Below are positions 35,926-46,057 of a stretch of DNA of 64,000 nt, in pieces. Every line of letters starts with the position of its first letter. Position 1 is the stretch's first letter. The notes below the pieces were generated by a model, which saw only the letters and a list, made by a program, of their open reading frames with translations, was not told the origin of the DNA and made no database searches. A program made the translations under genes and the position numbers. Origin of the DNA: an uncultured Anaerolineales bacterium (GTDB lineage Bacteria; Planctomycetota; Phycisphaerae; FEN-1346); assembly GCA_964397995.1 (NCBI GenBank), contig CAYNLG010000009.1, positions 1,089 to 65,088 on the forward strand, written 5' to 3'.

Positions 35926-36597
35926 ATGCGGGATCGACGAACGTGGACGCGACTCGGGCGGGGGGCGGCCCTCGCTGCCGTGGCGGGGCTGGCCCTCGTG
36001 GCGGCCGGCGGCTGCCGCGAGCAACAGCTCGAAGAGCGGAACCTGGCCCTCCAACGGCAACTGGAGGTCGCCCTGCTGCAGAACGCCGAGCTCCAGACCG
36101 AGCTCGACCGGGCCCGCAGCGCCCCGGCCCCGGAGCCGGCCGTGACGCCGGTGCGGCCGGCCCCCGCGTTCGAGGAGCCCCCGGCACTCGCCTACCGGGC
36201 CTACCGGTCGGAGCCGGCCCCGGCGCCCGTACCGCGCACGCGCCAGGTCGTGCTCACTCTGACCCACGCCTTCGACCCCGGCAAAGGGACGCTCCGGGCC
36301 GACGCCAAGGCCCGGCTCGACGCGGTCGTGCCGCGGCTCCAGGGCGAACTGGCGGCCTACCAGATCCGCGTCGAGGGCCACACCGACAGCACGCCCATCA
36401 AGCACTCGAAGTGGGAGAGCAACTGGGCGCTCTCGGAGGCCCGGGCCGACGCGGTCGTCAAGTACCTGGCGGCGCGGGGCATCGCGCGGGCCCGGCTGGC
36501 GCCGGTCGGCGTCGGCGCGAGCCAGCCCGTGGCCACCAACGCCACCGCCGAGGGCCGCGCCAGGAACCGCCGCATCGAGATCATCGCCGTGCCCTAG
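35926..36597 (+). CDS. OmpA-family lipoprotein with coiled-coil linker (OmpA/MotB C-terminal peptidoglycan-binding domain)
   Basis: Lipoprotein-like signal (ALVAAGGC), heptad-like LQRQLEVALLQNAELQTELD, and the C-terminal HTDSTP...NWALSEARADAV...NRRIEI motif. Confidence 0.75.
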   Translation: MRDRRTWTRLGRGAALAAVAGLALVAAGGCREQQLEERNLALQRQLEVALLQNAELQTELDRARSAPAPEPAVTPVRPAPAFEEPPALAYRAYRSEPAPAPVPRTRQVVLTLTHAFDPGKGTLRADAKARLDAVVPRLQGELAAYQIRVEGHTDSTPIKHSKWESNWALSEARADAVVKYLAARGIARARLAPVGVGASQPVATNATAEGRARNRRIEIIAVP

Positions 36598-36667
36598 CGG
36601 CCGCTCGGTTCGCCCGGGGCCGCGCCCACACGCAAGACGGAACACACTGGCGGAAGGCAGTCTGCGC

Positions 36668-37327
36668 GTGATCGTCATCGTCGATTATCGGATGGGGAAC
36701 CTGCGGAGCGTCCAGAAGGCGCTGGAGCGCATCGGCGCCGAGGCGGTCGTCAGCGACGGGCCGGAGGACGTCGCGCGCGCCGAGCGCCTCATCGTGCCCG
36801 GCGTCGGTGCTTTCGGCGACGCCATGGCCGCCCTCCGCGACCACGGCCTCGTCGAGCCGATCCGCGACTTCGTGGCCACGGGCCGCCCGCTCCTCGGCAT
36901 CTGCCTGGGACTCCAGGTGCTGCTGGAGGAGAGCGAAGAGGTGGCCGAAGCGCCGGTCGACGTCGCGTCTCACGCCGGCGAGCCCTTGCCGCGCGGCTTC
37001 GGCCTGGTGCCGGGGCGGGTCGTGCGGTTCCCGCACGCCCTGGCGGATCGGGGCCTCAAGGTGCCGCACATGGGCTGGAACCGGGCCGTCCCGGCTGGCG
37101 ACGGGCCGCTCTTCCGCGGCCTCGACAAGGACGGGGTTTACTTTTACTTCGCGCATTCCTATCATGCCGCCCCCGCGGACGAGGCGGTGGCGGCCGCGTG
37201 GACCGACTACGGGGTCCGCTTCGCCAGCGCCGTGGCCGTGGAGAACGTGATGGCCACCCAGTTCCACCCGGAGAAGAGCCAGGCCGCGGGCCTGCACCTC
37301 CTGGCGAACTTCGTGGCCTTGGCGTAG
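36668..37327 (+). CDS. hisH: imidazole glycerol phosphate synthase glutamine amidotransferase subunit
   Basis: MIVIVDYRMGNLRSV and the catalytic-Cys region LLGICLGLQVL. Confidence 0.9.
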   Translation: MIVIVDYRMGNLRSVQKALERIGAEAVVSDGPEDVARAERLIVPGVGAFGDAMAALRDHGLVEPIRDFVATGRPLLGICLGLQVLLEESEEVAEAPVDVASHAGEPLPRGFGLVPGRVVRFPHALADRGLKVPHMGWNRAVPAGDGPLFRGLDKDGVYFYFAHSYHAAPADEAVAAAWTDYGVRFASAVAVENVMATQFHPEKSQAAGLHLLANFVALA

Positions 37328-37395
37328 CGCCGCCGCGTCGGCCGGTGCCCCGGGCGCCGGCGGCGGCCGCCGCCGGTGCCTTGGGGAGCACACGC

Positions 37396-38118
37396 GTGGA
37401 GATTCTGCCGGCCATTGACTTGCGCGGCGGGTGGTGCGTGCGCCTCAGGCAAGGCCGCTTCGACGACGAAACGGTCTTCGACGACGACCCCGTGGCCGTC
37501 GCCCGCCGCTTCGAGGACGCCGGCGCCGCCTGGCTCCACATGGTCGACCTCGACGGCGCCCGCTCCGGCGCGCCCGTGCACCTGGACACCGTCCGGGCCG
37601 TGGCCGAGGCCGTGGGCCTGCGGATCGAGTTGGGGGGCGGCATCCGGACCCGGGAGGCGGCCGAGGCGGCGCTGGAGGCCGGCCTGGACCGCGTCATCGT
37701 CGGCACCCGCGCCGTCCGCGACCCGGACGGCTTCGCCGACCTTGTCCGGGCCCTGCCGGGGCGCGTCGCCCTGGGTCTCGACGCCCGCGGCGGCAAGGTC
37801 GCGGTCGACGGCTGGGCGGCCGAGACCGCCGTGGACGCCGCCGACCTGGCCGACCGCGTCCGCGAGCTCCCCCTGGCCGCAATTGTCTACACCGACATCA
37901 GGCGGGACGGTATGATGACCGGCCCCGACATCGAGGCGACGCGGGCCCTGGCGTCACGGGCCGCCTGTCCCGTCATCGCCTCCGGCGGGGTGACCACGGT
38001 CGAGGACGTGGCGGCGCTCCGCGAGGCCGGAATCCCCGGCGCGATCATCGGCCGCGCTCTGTACGAAGGAACGTTGACCCTCGAGGCCGCCCTGAAGGCG
38101 GCCCGGGGCGACGCCTGA
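37396..38118 (+). CDS. hisA: 1-(5-phosphoribosyl)-5-[(5-phosphoribosylamino)methylideneamino]imidazole-4-carboxamide isomerase
   Basis: GTG start giving VEILPAIDLRGGWCVRLRQG, and VIASGGVTTVEDV. The 306-aa ORF 37198..38118 over-extends 5-prime. Confidence 0.85.
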   Translation: MEILPAIDLRGGWCVRLRQGRFDDETVFDDDPVAVARRFEDAGAAWLHMVDLDGARSGAPVHLDTVRAVAEAVGLRIELGGGIRTREAAEAALEAGLDRVIVGTRAVRDPDGFADLVRALPGRVALGLDARGGKVAVDGWAAETAVDAADLADRVRELPLAAIVYTDIRRDGMMTGPDIEATRALASRAACPVIASGGVTTVEDVAALREAGIPGAIIGRALYEGTLTLEAALKAARGDA

Positions 38119-38174
38119 GGCCGGCCCCCACGGGGGGGCGGCCCGGGCGCCACAGGAACAAGGTGGAGGACGCA

Positions 38175-40220
38175 ATGCCGGACGTCAAAACCGATGCCAT
38201 CCGCAACGTCGTGCTCGTGGGCCATACCCACGGCGGCAAGACCCAGATCGCCGAGGCCATGCTCCACAAGGCGGGCGTGACCACCCGCATGGGCAGCTCC
38301 GACGAGGGCAACACGCTCAGCGACTTCGAGCCCGAGGAGAAGGAACGCCAGGGCAGCGTCCTGGCCTCCGTCCTCCACTTCGGCTGGAAGAACCGCCACG
38401 TCAACCTCATCGACACCCCCGGCTACGGCGACTTCATCGGCCAGGTCATCAGCGGTTTGGCGGCCACCGACATCGCCGTCCTCGTCGTTTCGGCCGCCGT
38501 CGGCCCCGACATCCACAGCCGCCGCTACTTCCGCATGGCCGGGGAGCGCGGCATGGCCCGCGTGGTGGTCGTCAACAAGGCCGACGCCGAGAACGTCGAC
38601 CTGGTCGCCCTGTACGAGCAGATCCAGGAGGCCCTCGGCAGCCAGTGCCGCCTCGTCACCGCCCCGGTCGGCCAGGGCCCGAGCTTCAGCGGCGTGGTCG
38701 ACGTCTTCGCCCAGGAATCCGGCGACGCCCTGATGGACGTCGCCAGCGCCCACGGCGAGGTCGTCGAGTCCATCATCGAGGCCGACGAGACCCTCATGGA
38801 GCGGTACCTCGGCGAGGAAGAGATCACCCCCGAAGAACTCGCCGGCGCCTACGTCAAGGCCCTCGTCGAGGGCACCCTCGTCCCGGTCCTCTACACCAGC
38901 GCCCGCGGCGAACTGGGCGTCGAAGAGCTCATGGACCTCCTCGTCCAGTACGCCCCGAGCCCGGCCCAGGCCAAGGCCATCGCCGTCCGCACCGGCCCTG
39001 GCGAGGACGCCGAGACCGTCGAGGTCGGCGGCGACCCGGCCGGCCCGCTCTGCGCCCAGGTCTTCAAGGTCGTCAGCGACCCCTACGTCGGGCGCATCTC
39101 GTACCTCCGCGTCTGGAGCGGGACGCTCGAGGCCGATTCCTCGGCCCGCATCGGCGACGACCGCCGCGACACGCGCTTCGCCCAGCTCCTGCGCATCCAG
39201 GGCAAGGAGTCCGAGCCGCTCGCCAAGGCCGTCGCCGGCGACGTCGTCGGCGTCCCGAAGATGGAGGAACTCGGCGTCGGCACGTCGGTGTGCACCGAGG
39301 AGACGCGCCTCGTGCCGGAGGCCGCGTTCCCCGTGCCGATGTTCTCGCTCGCCCTGTCGCCGAAGAGCCGCGGCGACGAGCAGAAGCTCTCCGAAGCCCT
39401 CGCCAAGCTTGTCGACGAGGACCCGACGCTGACCACCAGCCGCGACCGCCAGACCCACGAACTCGTCCTCAACGGCATCGGCGACATCCACCTGACGGTG
39501 GCCCTGGCGCGCCTGAAGCGGCGCTTCCAGGTCGACGTCGACACCAAGCCGCCCAAGATTCCCTACCGCGAGACCATCATGGGCAAGGGCGAGGGCCACT
39601 ACCGCCACAAGAAGCAGACCGGCGGCGCCGGCCAGTTCGGCGAGGTCTACCTCCGCGTCGAGCCGATGGAGCGCGGCGAAGGGTTCGAGTTCGTCGACGA
39701 CATCTTCGGCGGGGCCATCCCCAAGCCCTTCCTCCCCGCCATCGAGAAGGGCATCCGCGAGGCCATGGAAGAGGGCGTCATCGCCGGCTACCCCTTCCAG
39801 GACGTCCGCGTCAGCGTCTACGACGGCAAGCACCACCCCGTCGATTCCAAGGAAATCGCCTTCAAAATCGCCGGCCGCAACGCCTTCCGCGACGCCGTCG
39901 ACAAGGCCAAGCCCACCCTCCTGGAGCGGTTCGTCGACCTCGCCGTCACCGTCCCCGACCAGTTCCTCGGTGACATCACCGGCGACCTGAACAGCCGGCG
40001 CGGCCGCATCCAGGGCATGGAAGCCGGTGCGGGCGGCACCCAGACCATCCAGGCCCAGGTGCCGCTGGCCGAGGTCACCCAGTACAACACGCAGCTCCGG
40101 TCGATCACGGGCGGCCAGGGGGCCTACACCATGGAGTTCTCCCACTACGAACCGGTGCCGGGCAATGTCCAGCAGCAGATCATCGACGCGGCCGCCAAGG
40201 CCAAAGAGGAAGAGGACTAG
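38175..40220 (+). CDS. elongation factor G paralog (translational GTPase with atypical P-loop GHTHGGKT)
   Basis: Five-domain EF-G architecture with NLIDTPGYGDF (G3), VVVNKAD (G4) and domain IV/V motifs. The 929-aa ORF from 37431 is a 5-prime over-extension across hisA. Confidence 0.85.
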   Translation: MPDVKTDAIRNVVLVGHTHGGKTQIAEAMLHKAGVTTRMGSSDEGNTLSDFEPEEKERQGSVLASVLHFGWKNRHVNLIDTPGYGDFIGQVISGLAATDIAVLVVSAAVGPDIHSRRYFRMAGERGMARVVVVNKADAENVDLVALYEQIQEALGSQCRLVTAPVGQGPSFSGVVDVFAQESGDALMDVASAHGEVVESIIEADETLMERYLGEEEITPEELAGAYVKALVEGTLVPVLYTSARGELGVEELMDLLVQYAPSPAQAKAIAVRTGPGEDAETVEVGGDPAGPLCAQVFKVVSDPYVGRISYLRVWSGTLEADSSARIGDDRRDTRFAQLLRIQGKESEPLAKAVAGDVVGVPKMEELGVGTSVCTEETRLVPEAAFPVPMFSLALSPKSRGDEQKLSEALAKLVDEDPTLTTSRDRQTHELVLNGIGDIHLTVALARLKRRFQVDVDTKPPKIPYRETIMGKGEGHYRHKKQTGGAGQFGEVYLRVEPMERGEGFEFVDDIFGGAIPKPFLPAIEKGIREAMEEGVIAGYPFQDVRVSVYDGKHHPVDSKEIAFKIAGRNAFRDAVDKAKPTLLERFVDLAVTVPDQFLGDITGDLNSRRGRIQGMEAGAGGTQTIQAQVPLAEVTQYNTQLRSITGGQGAYTMEFSHYEPVPGNVQQQIIDAAAKAKEEED

Positions 40221-40354
40221 GCCGCGCGCCCGGCGGCGGGGGAGGGCCCCGCCGCCGGCCGAACGGGCCCAAAACGGCCCGGGAAACGCGCTTGCCCGTT
40301 CGGGGCGCGTGCGTTATAATCCCTTTGCACGTCGTGGGTTAGAGGAACCGCCTC

Positions 40355-41323
40355 ATGTCCTCGCTGCCGCCCCGGGAGCCATTGCTCTCCGAGGTCATTG
40401 ACGCCACCGTGGCGTCGTACGAGCGCCACGAGGCCATCCACCATTTGAGTCACCGGCAGCTCCCGTCGCGCGATGCCGTGGCCGAGCTGGTCCAGGGCCT
40501 CAAGGAGATCCTGTACCCCGGCTACTTCGGCCGCCGCCACTTTACCCCCGAGAACATCACCTACCACATCGGCGACCGCATCCACCAGGTCTACCGGCTG
40601 CTGGCCGAGCAGATTTACTTGGGCATCCAGCACAGTTGCCGCCGCTGCGAGGGCCTGTGTCCCCATTGCCGGGAGCAGGCGGCCGACGTGGCCGTCCGGT
40701 TCCTCCAGCGCCTGCCCGAGGTCCGCCGCCTCCTCGCCACCGACGTCCAGGCCGCCTACGACGGTGACCCGGCGGCGCGCGGCACGGACGAGGTGATCTT
40801 TTCGTACCCGGGGGTGGCGGCCGTGACGGTGTACCGCCTCGCCCACGAGCTCTGGGACCTCCAGGTCCCCCTCCTGCCGCGCATCATGACCGAGATCGCC
40901 CACGGCGAGACCGGCATCGACATCCACCCGGGGGCGACCATCGGCGAGTACTTCTTCATCGACCACGGGACGGGCGTCGTCATCGGCGAGACCACCGAGA
41001 TCGGCCACCACGTCAAGCTCTACCAGGGCGTGACGCTCGGGGCCCTCAGTTTCCCGAAGGACGAGCGGGGCCGCCTCATCCGCGGGCACAAGCGGCACCC
41101 GACGCTCGAAGACCACGTGACCATCTACTCCGGGGCCACCCTCCTCGGCGGCGAGACCGTCGTCGGCGAGGGCAGCACCATCGGCGGCAACGTGTGGCTG
41201 ACGCGCTCCGTGCCGCCCCAGTCGTTCGTCAAGATCGAGGACCCGGCGCTCCAGGTGGCCGACAAGAAGGCCCGACGCCGCGCCGGCGACACCCACGCCG
41301 CGACGGCGCCGTCCGGCCAGTGA
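40355..41323 (+). CDS. cysE: serine O-acetyltransferase
   Basis: SAT N-terminal helical domain plus left-handed beta-helix hexapeptide repeats (DIHPGATIGEYFFIDHGTGVVIGETTEIGHHVKLYQGVTLG). Confidence 0.85.
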   Translation: MSSLPPREPLLSEVIDATVASYERHEAIHHLSHRQLPSRDAVAELVQGLKEILYPGYFGRRHFTPENITYHIGDRIHQVYRLLAEQIYLGIQHSCRRCEGLCPHCREQAADVAVRFLQRLPEVRRLLATDVQAAYDGDPAARGTDEVIFSYPGVAAVTVYRLAHELWDLQVPLLPRIMTEIAHGETGIDIHPGATIGEYFFIDHGTGVVIGETTEIGHHVKLYQGVTLGALSFPKDERGRLIRGHKRHPTLEDHVTIYSGATLLGGETVVGEGSTIGGNVWLTRSVPPQSFVKIEDPALQVADKKARRRAGDTHAATAPSGQ

Positions 41324-41379
41324 GTGTCGGGAAACAAGCGGGCAAGCCGCGGGAACTTGCGCACCAGGGGGTGGCCAGC

Positions 41380-41823
41380 ATGCAGACCGTCACGAAGAAG
41401 CAACTCACCGACGCCATCGCCGACGCCACCGGCATCAAGCGCGTCCTCGCCAAAGACATCATCCAGCGGTTCCTGGACATGATCGCGGAGGAACTCGCGC
41501 GCGGCAACCGGATCGAGTTCCGCGACTTCGGCGTCTTCGAGGTCAAACGCCGCGAGCCGCGCGTCGCCCAGAACCCGAGGACGCTCGAACGTGTGCCCCT
41601 CGGGGTCCGCTACACCGTCCGCTTCAAGCCCGGCCGCCGCATGAGCGACGATGTCCAGGACGGCAACGAGGCCGTGGCCGCCGGGGCGTCTGCCGAGACC
41701 GAGACCGAGGCCGCGGGCGAAGGCCCCGCCGCCGCCCGCCCCGAGGCCGCGCCCCGCCCGGCGTCGCCCGAGGCCGCCTCCGGGCCGCCCCAGGATGCGG
41801 CCCGGTCGGAGGCCGCCTCGTGA
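41380..41823 (+). CDS. HU/IHF family DNA-binding protein with Ala/Pro/Glu-rich C-terminal tail
   Basis: MQTVTKKQLTDAIADATG...RDFGVFEVKRREPRVAQNPRT...RFKPGRRM. Confidence 0.8.
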   Translation: MQTVTKKQLTDAIADATGIKRVLAKDIIQRFLDMIAEELARGNRIEFRDFGVFEVKRREPRVAQNPRTLERVPLGVRYTVRFKPGRRMSDDVQDGNEAVAAGASAETETEAAGEGPAAARPEAAPRPASPEAASGPPQDAARSEAAS

Positions 41824-42902
41824 ACGCCGTCCTCACGGGCCTCCCACTGACCGGCAAGACCTGCCTTTTCGACGCCCTCTGCGGAGGGGCTGTCGATTCC
41901 GCCGCCCACCCCGCCCGGGCCGACCAGCCGAACGCCGCCACCGTCGCCCTCGAGGACGAGCGCCTCGACTGGCTCATGGACCACTACCAGGCGAAGAAGC
42001 GGACGCCGGTCCACATCGAGGTCCTCGATGTGCCGGGGCTGGCGCCCGGCCAGAGCGACCTGGCCGCCCGGAACACGGCCGTGGCGGAACACCTGCGGAG
42101 GGCGGACGTCCTCGTCGAGGTCCTCCGCGCCTTCGAGAGCATGGCCGCGCCCCACCCGATGGGCTCCGTCGACCCCGTCCGCGACCGCGAGCTGATCCGG
42201 TCGGAGTTCCTCATCGCCGACCTCGACATCACCCTCCGCCGCATCGAGAAGCTCGAGGTGGCGATCACGAAGCCGACGCCCGAGCGCGAGGCCCTGAAAC
42301 GCGAACTGGACCTGATGCGGCGCGTCCGCGAGACGCTCGAGGCCGAGCTGCCCCTGTCGGCGGCCGACCTGTCGGAGGCCGAGCGGCGGCTGCTCCGCAG
42401 CTTCGCGTTCCTCACGGAGAAGCCGCGGGTGACCGTCCTGAACGTCGGCGAGGACGAGGCCGCCGACCCCGCCGCCGCGGCCCGATTCCCGGACCTGCCG
42501 GCGCCGGACGTGGCGCTGGTGGCGTCGCTGGAGGCCGAGATTGGCCAGCTCCCGCCGGAGGACCGCCCCGCGTTCATGGAGGAGATGGGCATCGCCCGCT
42601 TCCACACCCAGGACGTCCTCCAGGCCGTCTACCGCGCCCTCGACCGTGTCACCTTCTTCACCGCCGGCGAGCCCGAGGTGGCCGCGCGCAGCGTCGTGCG
42701 CGGCACGGGCATCGCCGAGGCCGCCGGCGAGATCCACACCGACATGGCCAAGGGCTTCATCCGCGCCGAGGTCGTCTCGTTCGACGACTTCAAGGCCGCC
42801 GGCAGCCTGGCCGGCGCACGCACCGCCGGCCGCCACCGTGTCGAAGGCCGCGACTACGCCGTCCGCGAGGGCGACATTGTCCTGATCCACTTCTCCCGGT
42901 AG
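41820..42902 (+). CDS. ychF: ribosome-binding ATPase YchF (Obg-like ATPase with C-terminal TGS domain)
   Basis: N-terminal P-loop GLPLTGKTCLFDAL, coiled-coil insertion, and C-terminal IHTDMAKGFIRAEVVSFDDF...REGDIVLIHF characteristic of YchF. Confidence 0.8.
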   Translation: MNAVLTGLPLTGKTCLFDALCGGAVDSAAHPARADQPNAATVALEDERLDWLMDHYQAKKRTPVHIEVLDVPGLAPGQSDLAARNTAVAEHLRRADVLVEVLRAFESMAAPHPMGSVDPVRDRELIRSEFLIADLDITLRRIEKLEVAITKPTPEREALKRELDLMRRVRETLEAELPLSAADLSEAERRLLRSFAFLTEKPRVTVLNVGEDEAADPAAAARFPDLPAPDVALVASLEAEIGQLPPEDRPAFMEEMGIARFHTQDVLQAVYRALDRVTFFTAGEPEVAARSVVRGTGIAEAAGEIHTDMAKGFIRAEVVSFDDFKAAGSLAGARTAGRHRVEGRDYAVREGDIVLIHFSR

Positions 42903-42911
42903 GGGCCCCGC

Positions 42912-44168
42912 GTGCCGGCCGTCATCCTCAGCATCGGCAGCGAACTGGTCTCGGGCCTGCGGCTTGACACGCACGCCCGCGATCTCGCCCGGACGCTCCG
43001 CCGCCTGGGCATCGACGTCGTCCGCCACGAGACCCTCGACGACGACATCGCCGCCATCGCCGACGCCTTCACGCGCGGCGCCGCGAGCGCCGAGGTCGTC
43101 CTCGCCACCGGCGGCCTCGGCCCGACGCCCGACGACGTCACCCGAGACGGCCTCGCCCGGGCCATGAACGCCGACCTGGAGGCGCACCCGGAGGCGCGGC
43201 GGCTTGTGGACGCGTGGGCGGCGTCGCGGGGCCGGACGCTCAGCGGCTCGAACCTCCGCCAGGCGGTGCTCCCGCGCGGCGCCGAGCCGATTCCGAATCC
43301 CGTCGGCTCCGCCCCCGGCATCCGCACCCGCCTCGGCCGCGCCGACGTCTTCTGCATGCCCGGCGTGCCCGACGAGATGCGCCGCATGCTCCGTGACCAG
43401 GTCCTGCCGCACCTCGAGGTCGGCCACGGCGCCGTCGTCCGCGTCCGGACCGTCCGGACCTTCGGCCTGCCGGAGTCGCAGGTGGGCGAGCGGCTGTCGG
43501 ACCTGATGGCGCGCGGGCGGCGGCCGCAGGTCGCCACCGCCTGCCACGTCGGCCGGATCGACATCCACATCCACGCCGCCGGCCTGGAGACCGAGGTCGA
43601 GCGGCTGCTGGAGGCGGACGCGGCCGAGGTCCGCCGCCGCCTCGGCGACGTCTGCTACGCCGAGGGCGAGACGTCCATGGAAGCCGTCGTGGCCGAGCGG
43701 CTGGCGGCGACCGGCGCCACGCTGGCCGTGGCCGAGTCGTGTACGGGCGGCTTGGTGGCGGCGGCGCTGGTCAGCGTGCCCGGCATGTCGGCCCACCTGC
43801 TCGAGGCCGTCGTCGCCTACGCCGATGAGGCCAAGACCCGGCGCCTCGATGTGCCGGCCGACGTGATTGCCGCCGAGGGCGCCGTCAGCGAGGCCGTCGC
43901 CAGGGCCATGGCCGAGGGCGCGCGCCGCCAGGCGGACGCCGACCTGGCCGTCGCCGTCACGGGCATCGCCGGCCCGGGAGGCGGCACGGAGGCCAAGCCC
44001 GTCGGGCTCGTCTGGTTCGCCATCGTCGATGCCGCGGGCACGGAGGCCGCGCGGCACGTCTTCCCGGGCGGCCGGCAGGGCGTCCGCGAGCGGGCGACGC
44101 TCATGGCGCTGAACCTGGTCCGGCTGCGGCTGAGTGACGGCGGGGCGGGGGGGCTGGATGGGCCTTGA
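42912..44168 (+). CDS. cinA: competence/damage-inducible protein CinA (MoCF-binding domain plus PncC-like nicotinamide-nucleotide amidohydrolase domain)
   Basis: ILSIGSELVSG N-terminus, LATGGLGPTPDD, and C-terminal AVAESCTGGLVAAAL. Confidence 0.85.
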   Translation: MPAVILSIGSELVSGLRLDTHARDLARTLRRLGIDVVRHETLDDDIAAIADAFTRGAASAEVVLATGGLGPTPDDVTRDGLARAMNADLEAHPEARRLVDAWAASRGRTLSGSNLRQAVLPRGAEPIPNPVGSAPGIRTRLGRADVFCMPGVPDEMRRMLRDQVLPHLEVGHGAVVRVRTVRTFGLPESQVGERLSDLMARGRRPQVATACHVGRIDIHIHAAGLETEVERLLEADAAEVRRRLGDVCYAEGETSMEAVVAERLAATGATLAVAESCTGGLVAAALVSVPGMSAHLLEAVVAYADEAKTRRLDVPADVIAAEGAVSEAVARAMAEGARRQADADLAVAVTGIAGPGGGTEAKPVGLVWFAIVDAAGTEAARHVFPGGRQGVRERATLMALNLVRLRLSDGGAGGLDGP

Positions 44169-44328
44169 AAGGAAGTGTCAGGTTGCGGACCTGCCCGCGG
44201 CGGGCATGGGCCTGGCGCGCCCTTTTCGCCGGGCCGCTTGCCGGCCCGCGTGTCGGCTGCCGTTGGCTTTGTGCCCCTGCACCACGGGCGACCATGCCAG
44301 TCGTCCCGCGTGGCTCAGCAGACGGAGG

Positions 44329-44580
44329 TCAAAGCCGGTCCCGGATGAAAATCTCACGAATCTCGCGGAGCGTGTACCGCCGCTTCAGGTCCTGGATGAG
44401 GCGAATGCGGCGGACGGCGGCCTCGTCAAAGAGGCGATGGCCCCCGGGCGTCCGGGTGGCTTCCGACAGGAGCCCGTACATGCAATACGAACTGACCACC
44501 TGCCGCGAGACGCCGGCCTTCTCCGCGATCTCGCTGATGCGGAGTAGCGGCTGCTCGGGCTGGGTCGGGTCCGGCGGCAT
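44329..44580 (-). CDS. MerR-family HTH transcriptional regulator (short)
   Basis: LLRISEIAEKAGVSRQVVSSYCMYGLLSEATRTPGGHRLFDEAAVRRIRLIQDL. The long N-terminal extension of ORF 44329..44838 is unsupported. Confidence 0.6.
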   Translation of the reverse strand: MPPDPTQPEQPLLRISEIAEKAGVSRQVVSSYCMYGLLSEATRTPGGHRLFDEAAVRRIRLIQDLKRRYTLREIREIFIRDRL

Positions 44581-44792
44581 GGCGAAGCCCCCTATAGGGC
44601 ATACATCGGGCCCGCCGAAACGGCGACTTGAGGCATTCGCCGCCGACCCCCGCCGGGCAACCCCGTGCGGCAAAGCGGGATTTTCTGGTGGCGAACCGCT
44701 TCGTGGCCTCGTATCACATAACGAACGGGGCAAAGCAGGGGGGCGGGCTGCAGTCTCCCGAACCTGAAGTGTCCCGAAGCAGCGGAGGGCCC

Positions 44793-45449
44793 ATGGGCAA
44801 GGCCATTGCCGCAACCGCCGCGGCCATCGCCGGCGCACGCCAGCGAGCCGCGCAGGACTACGACGTTCAACTGATGCTCGCCTTCCAGCGGGGCGACGAA
44901 GTCGCGTTCCAGGAACTCGTCGAGCGCAATCATTCCCGGGTCATCGGCCTCGTCTATCGGTTCATCGGCGACTCCGCCGACGCTGAAGACTTGGCCCAGG
45001 AGGTCTTCCTCCGTATCTACCGGGCCCGCGCGTCGTACAAGCCGACCGCCAAGTTTTCGACGTGGATGTTCCGGATTGCGGCCAACGTGAGCCTGAACGC
45101 GCTGCGGGCCCGTTCCAATCGGAAGGACGACGTCTCCATCGAGCAGCTTGCCCGGTCTCACGACGGGCCCCAGACGCTGCCCGACCCCGACAGCCGGGCC
45201 CCCGACTTCAACCTCAACCGCACCGAGCTCCAGGACAAGGTTCGCGAGGCCGTCGGCGAACTGCCCGAGAAGCAGCAGGTGGCTGTCGTCCTCAACAAGT
45301 ACGAGGGCATGAGCTACGCCGACATCGCCGACACCCTCGGGTGCAGCACCATGGCCGTCAAGAGCCTGCTGGCCCGGGCCCGCGAGAACCTGAAGAACCA
45401 GTTGCTGCTCTACCTGAAGACCGGCCGCGAGCGCCAGCCCATCGGCTAG
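44793..45449 (+). CDS. RNA polymerase sigma-70 factor, ECF subfamily
   Basis: Region 2 (DAEDLAQEVFLRIYR...KFSTWMFRIAANVSLN) and region 4 (MSYADIADTLGCSTMAVKSLLARAR). Confidence 0.85.
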   Translation: MGKAIAATAAAIAGARQRAAQDYDVQLMLAFQRGDEVAFQELVERNHSRVIGLVYRFIGDSADAEDLAQEVFLRIYRARASYKPTAKFSTWMFRIAANVSLNALRARSNRKDDVSIEQLARSHDGPQTLPDPDSRAPDFNLNRTELQDKVREAVGELPEKQQVAVVLNKYEGMSYADIADTLGCSTMAVKSLLARARENLKNQLLLYLKTGRERQPIG

Positions 45450-45541
45450 CCCGGCGCGGTCCCGTCCGCGTCGGCCCTTTTCCGCGGAACTCCCGCCCGC
45501 GCCCTCCGTTCAAAGAGGCGGACCCCCTTTCAGGGCGACCT

Positions 45542-46057
45542 ATGGGCAAGAGCGTCTGCAGCTGGGTACGGAGCGTGCTGGCCGCCTACCTCGACGGCGA
45601 ACTCAAGCCGTCGGCCGCCCAGGCCGTGCGCCGCCACCTGGAGGGGTGCGAGTCGTGCCGGGCCGAGCTGCGGCTGCTGAAGGACACGTGGTCGCTGCTG
45701 GACGAGGCGGAGACGCCGCCCGTCCGCGCGGGGTTCACCTCGCGGATGATGGCCCGCGTGGTCGAGGAAAAGGACATCCTGCGGTTGGAAGCCCGCCTGC
45801 GGCCGCACCGGACGCGGCGGCGGGTGATGGCCGGCGTTCTGGGCGTCGCCGCCGGACTTCTCCTGGGGCTGCTGCTCTTCACCTGGACGGGCCTGACGGC
45901 CGAGCCGGGCAGCCCCGTGGAACGCGAGGTGAGCGACCACCTGACGTTCCTCGAGGACGCCGAGTTGATGGACGAGATGGCCGTGGTGGCCTTGATGGAA
46001 GACCTCGTGGCCGAGGCGGACGAGGTGTCCGACCCGCTCGAGGGTGAGGGAAGCTGA
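45542..46057 (+). CDS. anti-sigma factor (zinc-finger type, HxxxCxxC) with TM helix
   Basis: YLDGELKPSAAQAVRRHLEGCESCRAEL is the ZAS-like motif, followed by one TM segment and an acidic C-terminus. It is immediately downstream of the ECF sigma gene. Confidence 0.7.
   Translation: MGKSVCSWVRSVLAAYLDGELKPSAAQAVRRHLEGCESCRAELRLLKDTWSLLDEAETPPVRAGFTSRMMARVVEEKDILRLEARLRPHRTRRRVMAGVLGVAAGLLLGLLLFTWTGLTAEPGSPVEREVSDHLTFLEDAELMDEMAVVALMEDLVAEADEVSDPLEGEGS

Noticed and set aside
37431-40220. 929-aa ORF that would fuse a long N-terminal region to the EF-G paralog
   Set aside because: The extension overlaps hisA in another frame and is Arg/Gly/Pro junk. The conserved EF-G N-terminus and P-loop begin at the ATG at 38175.
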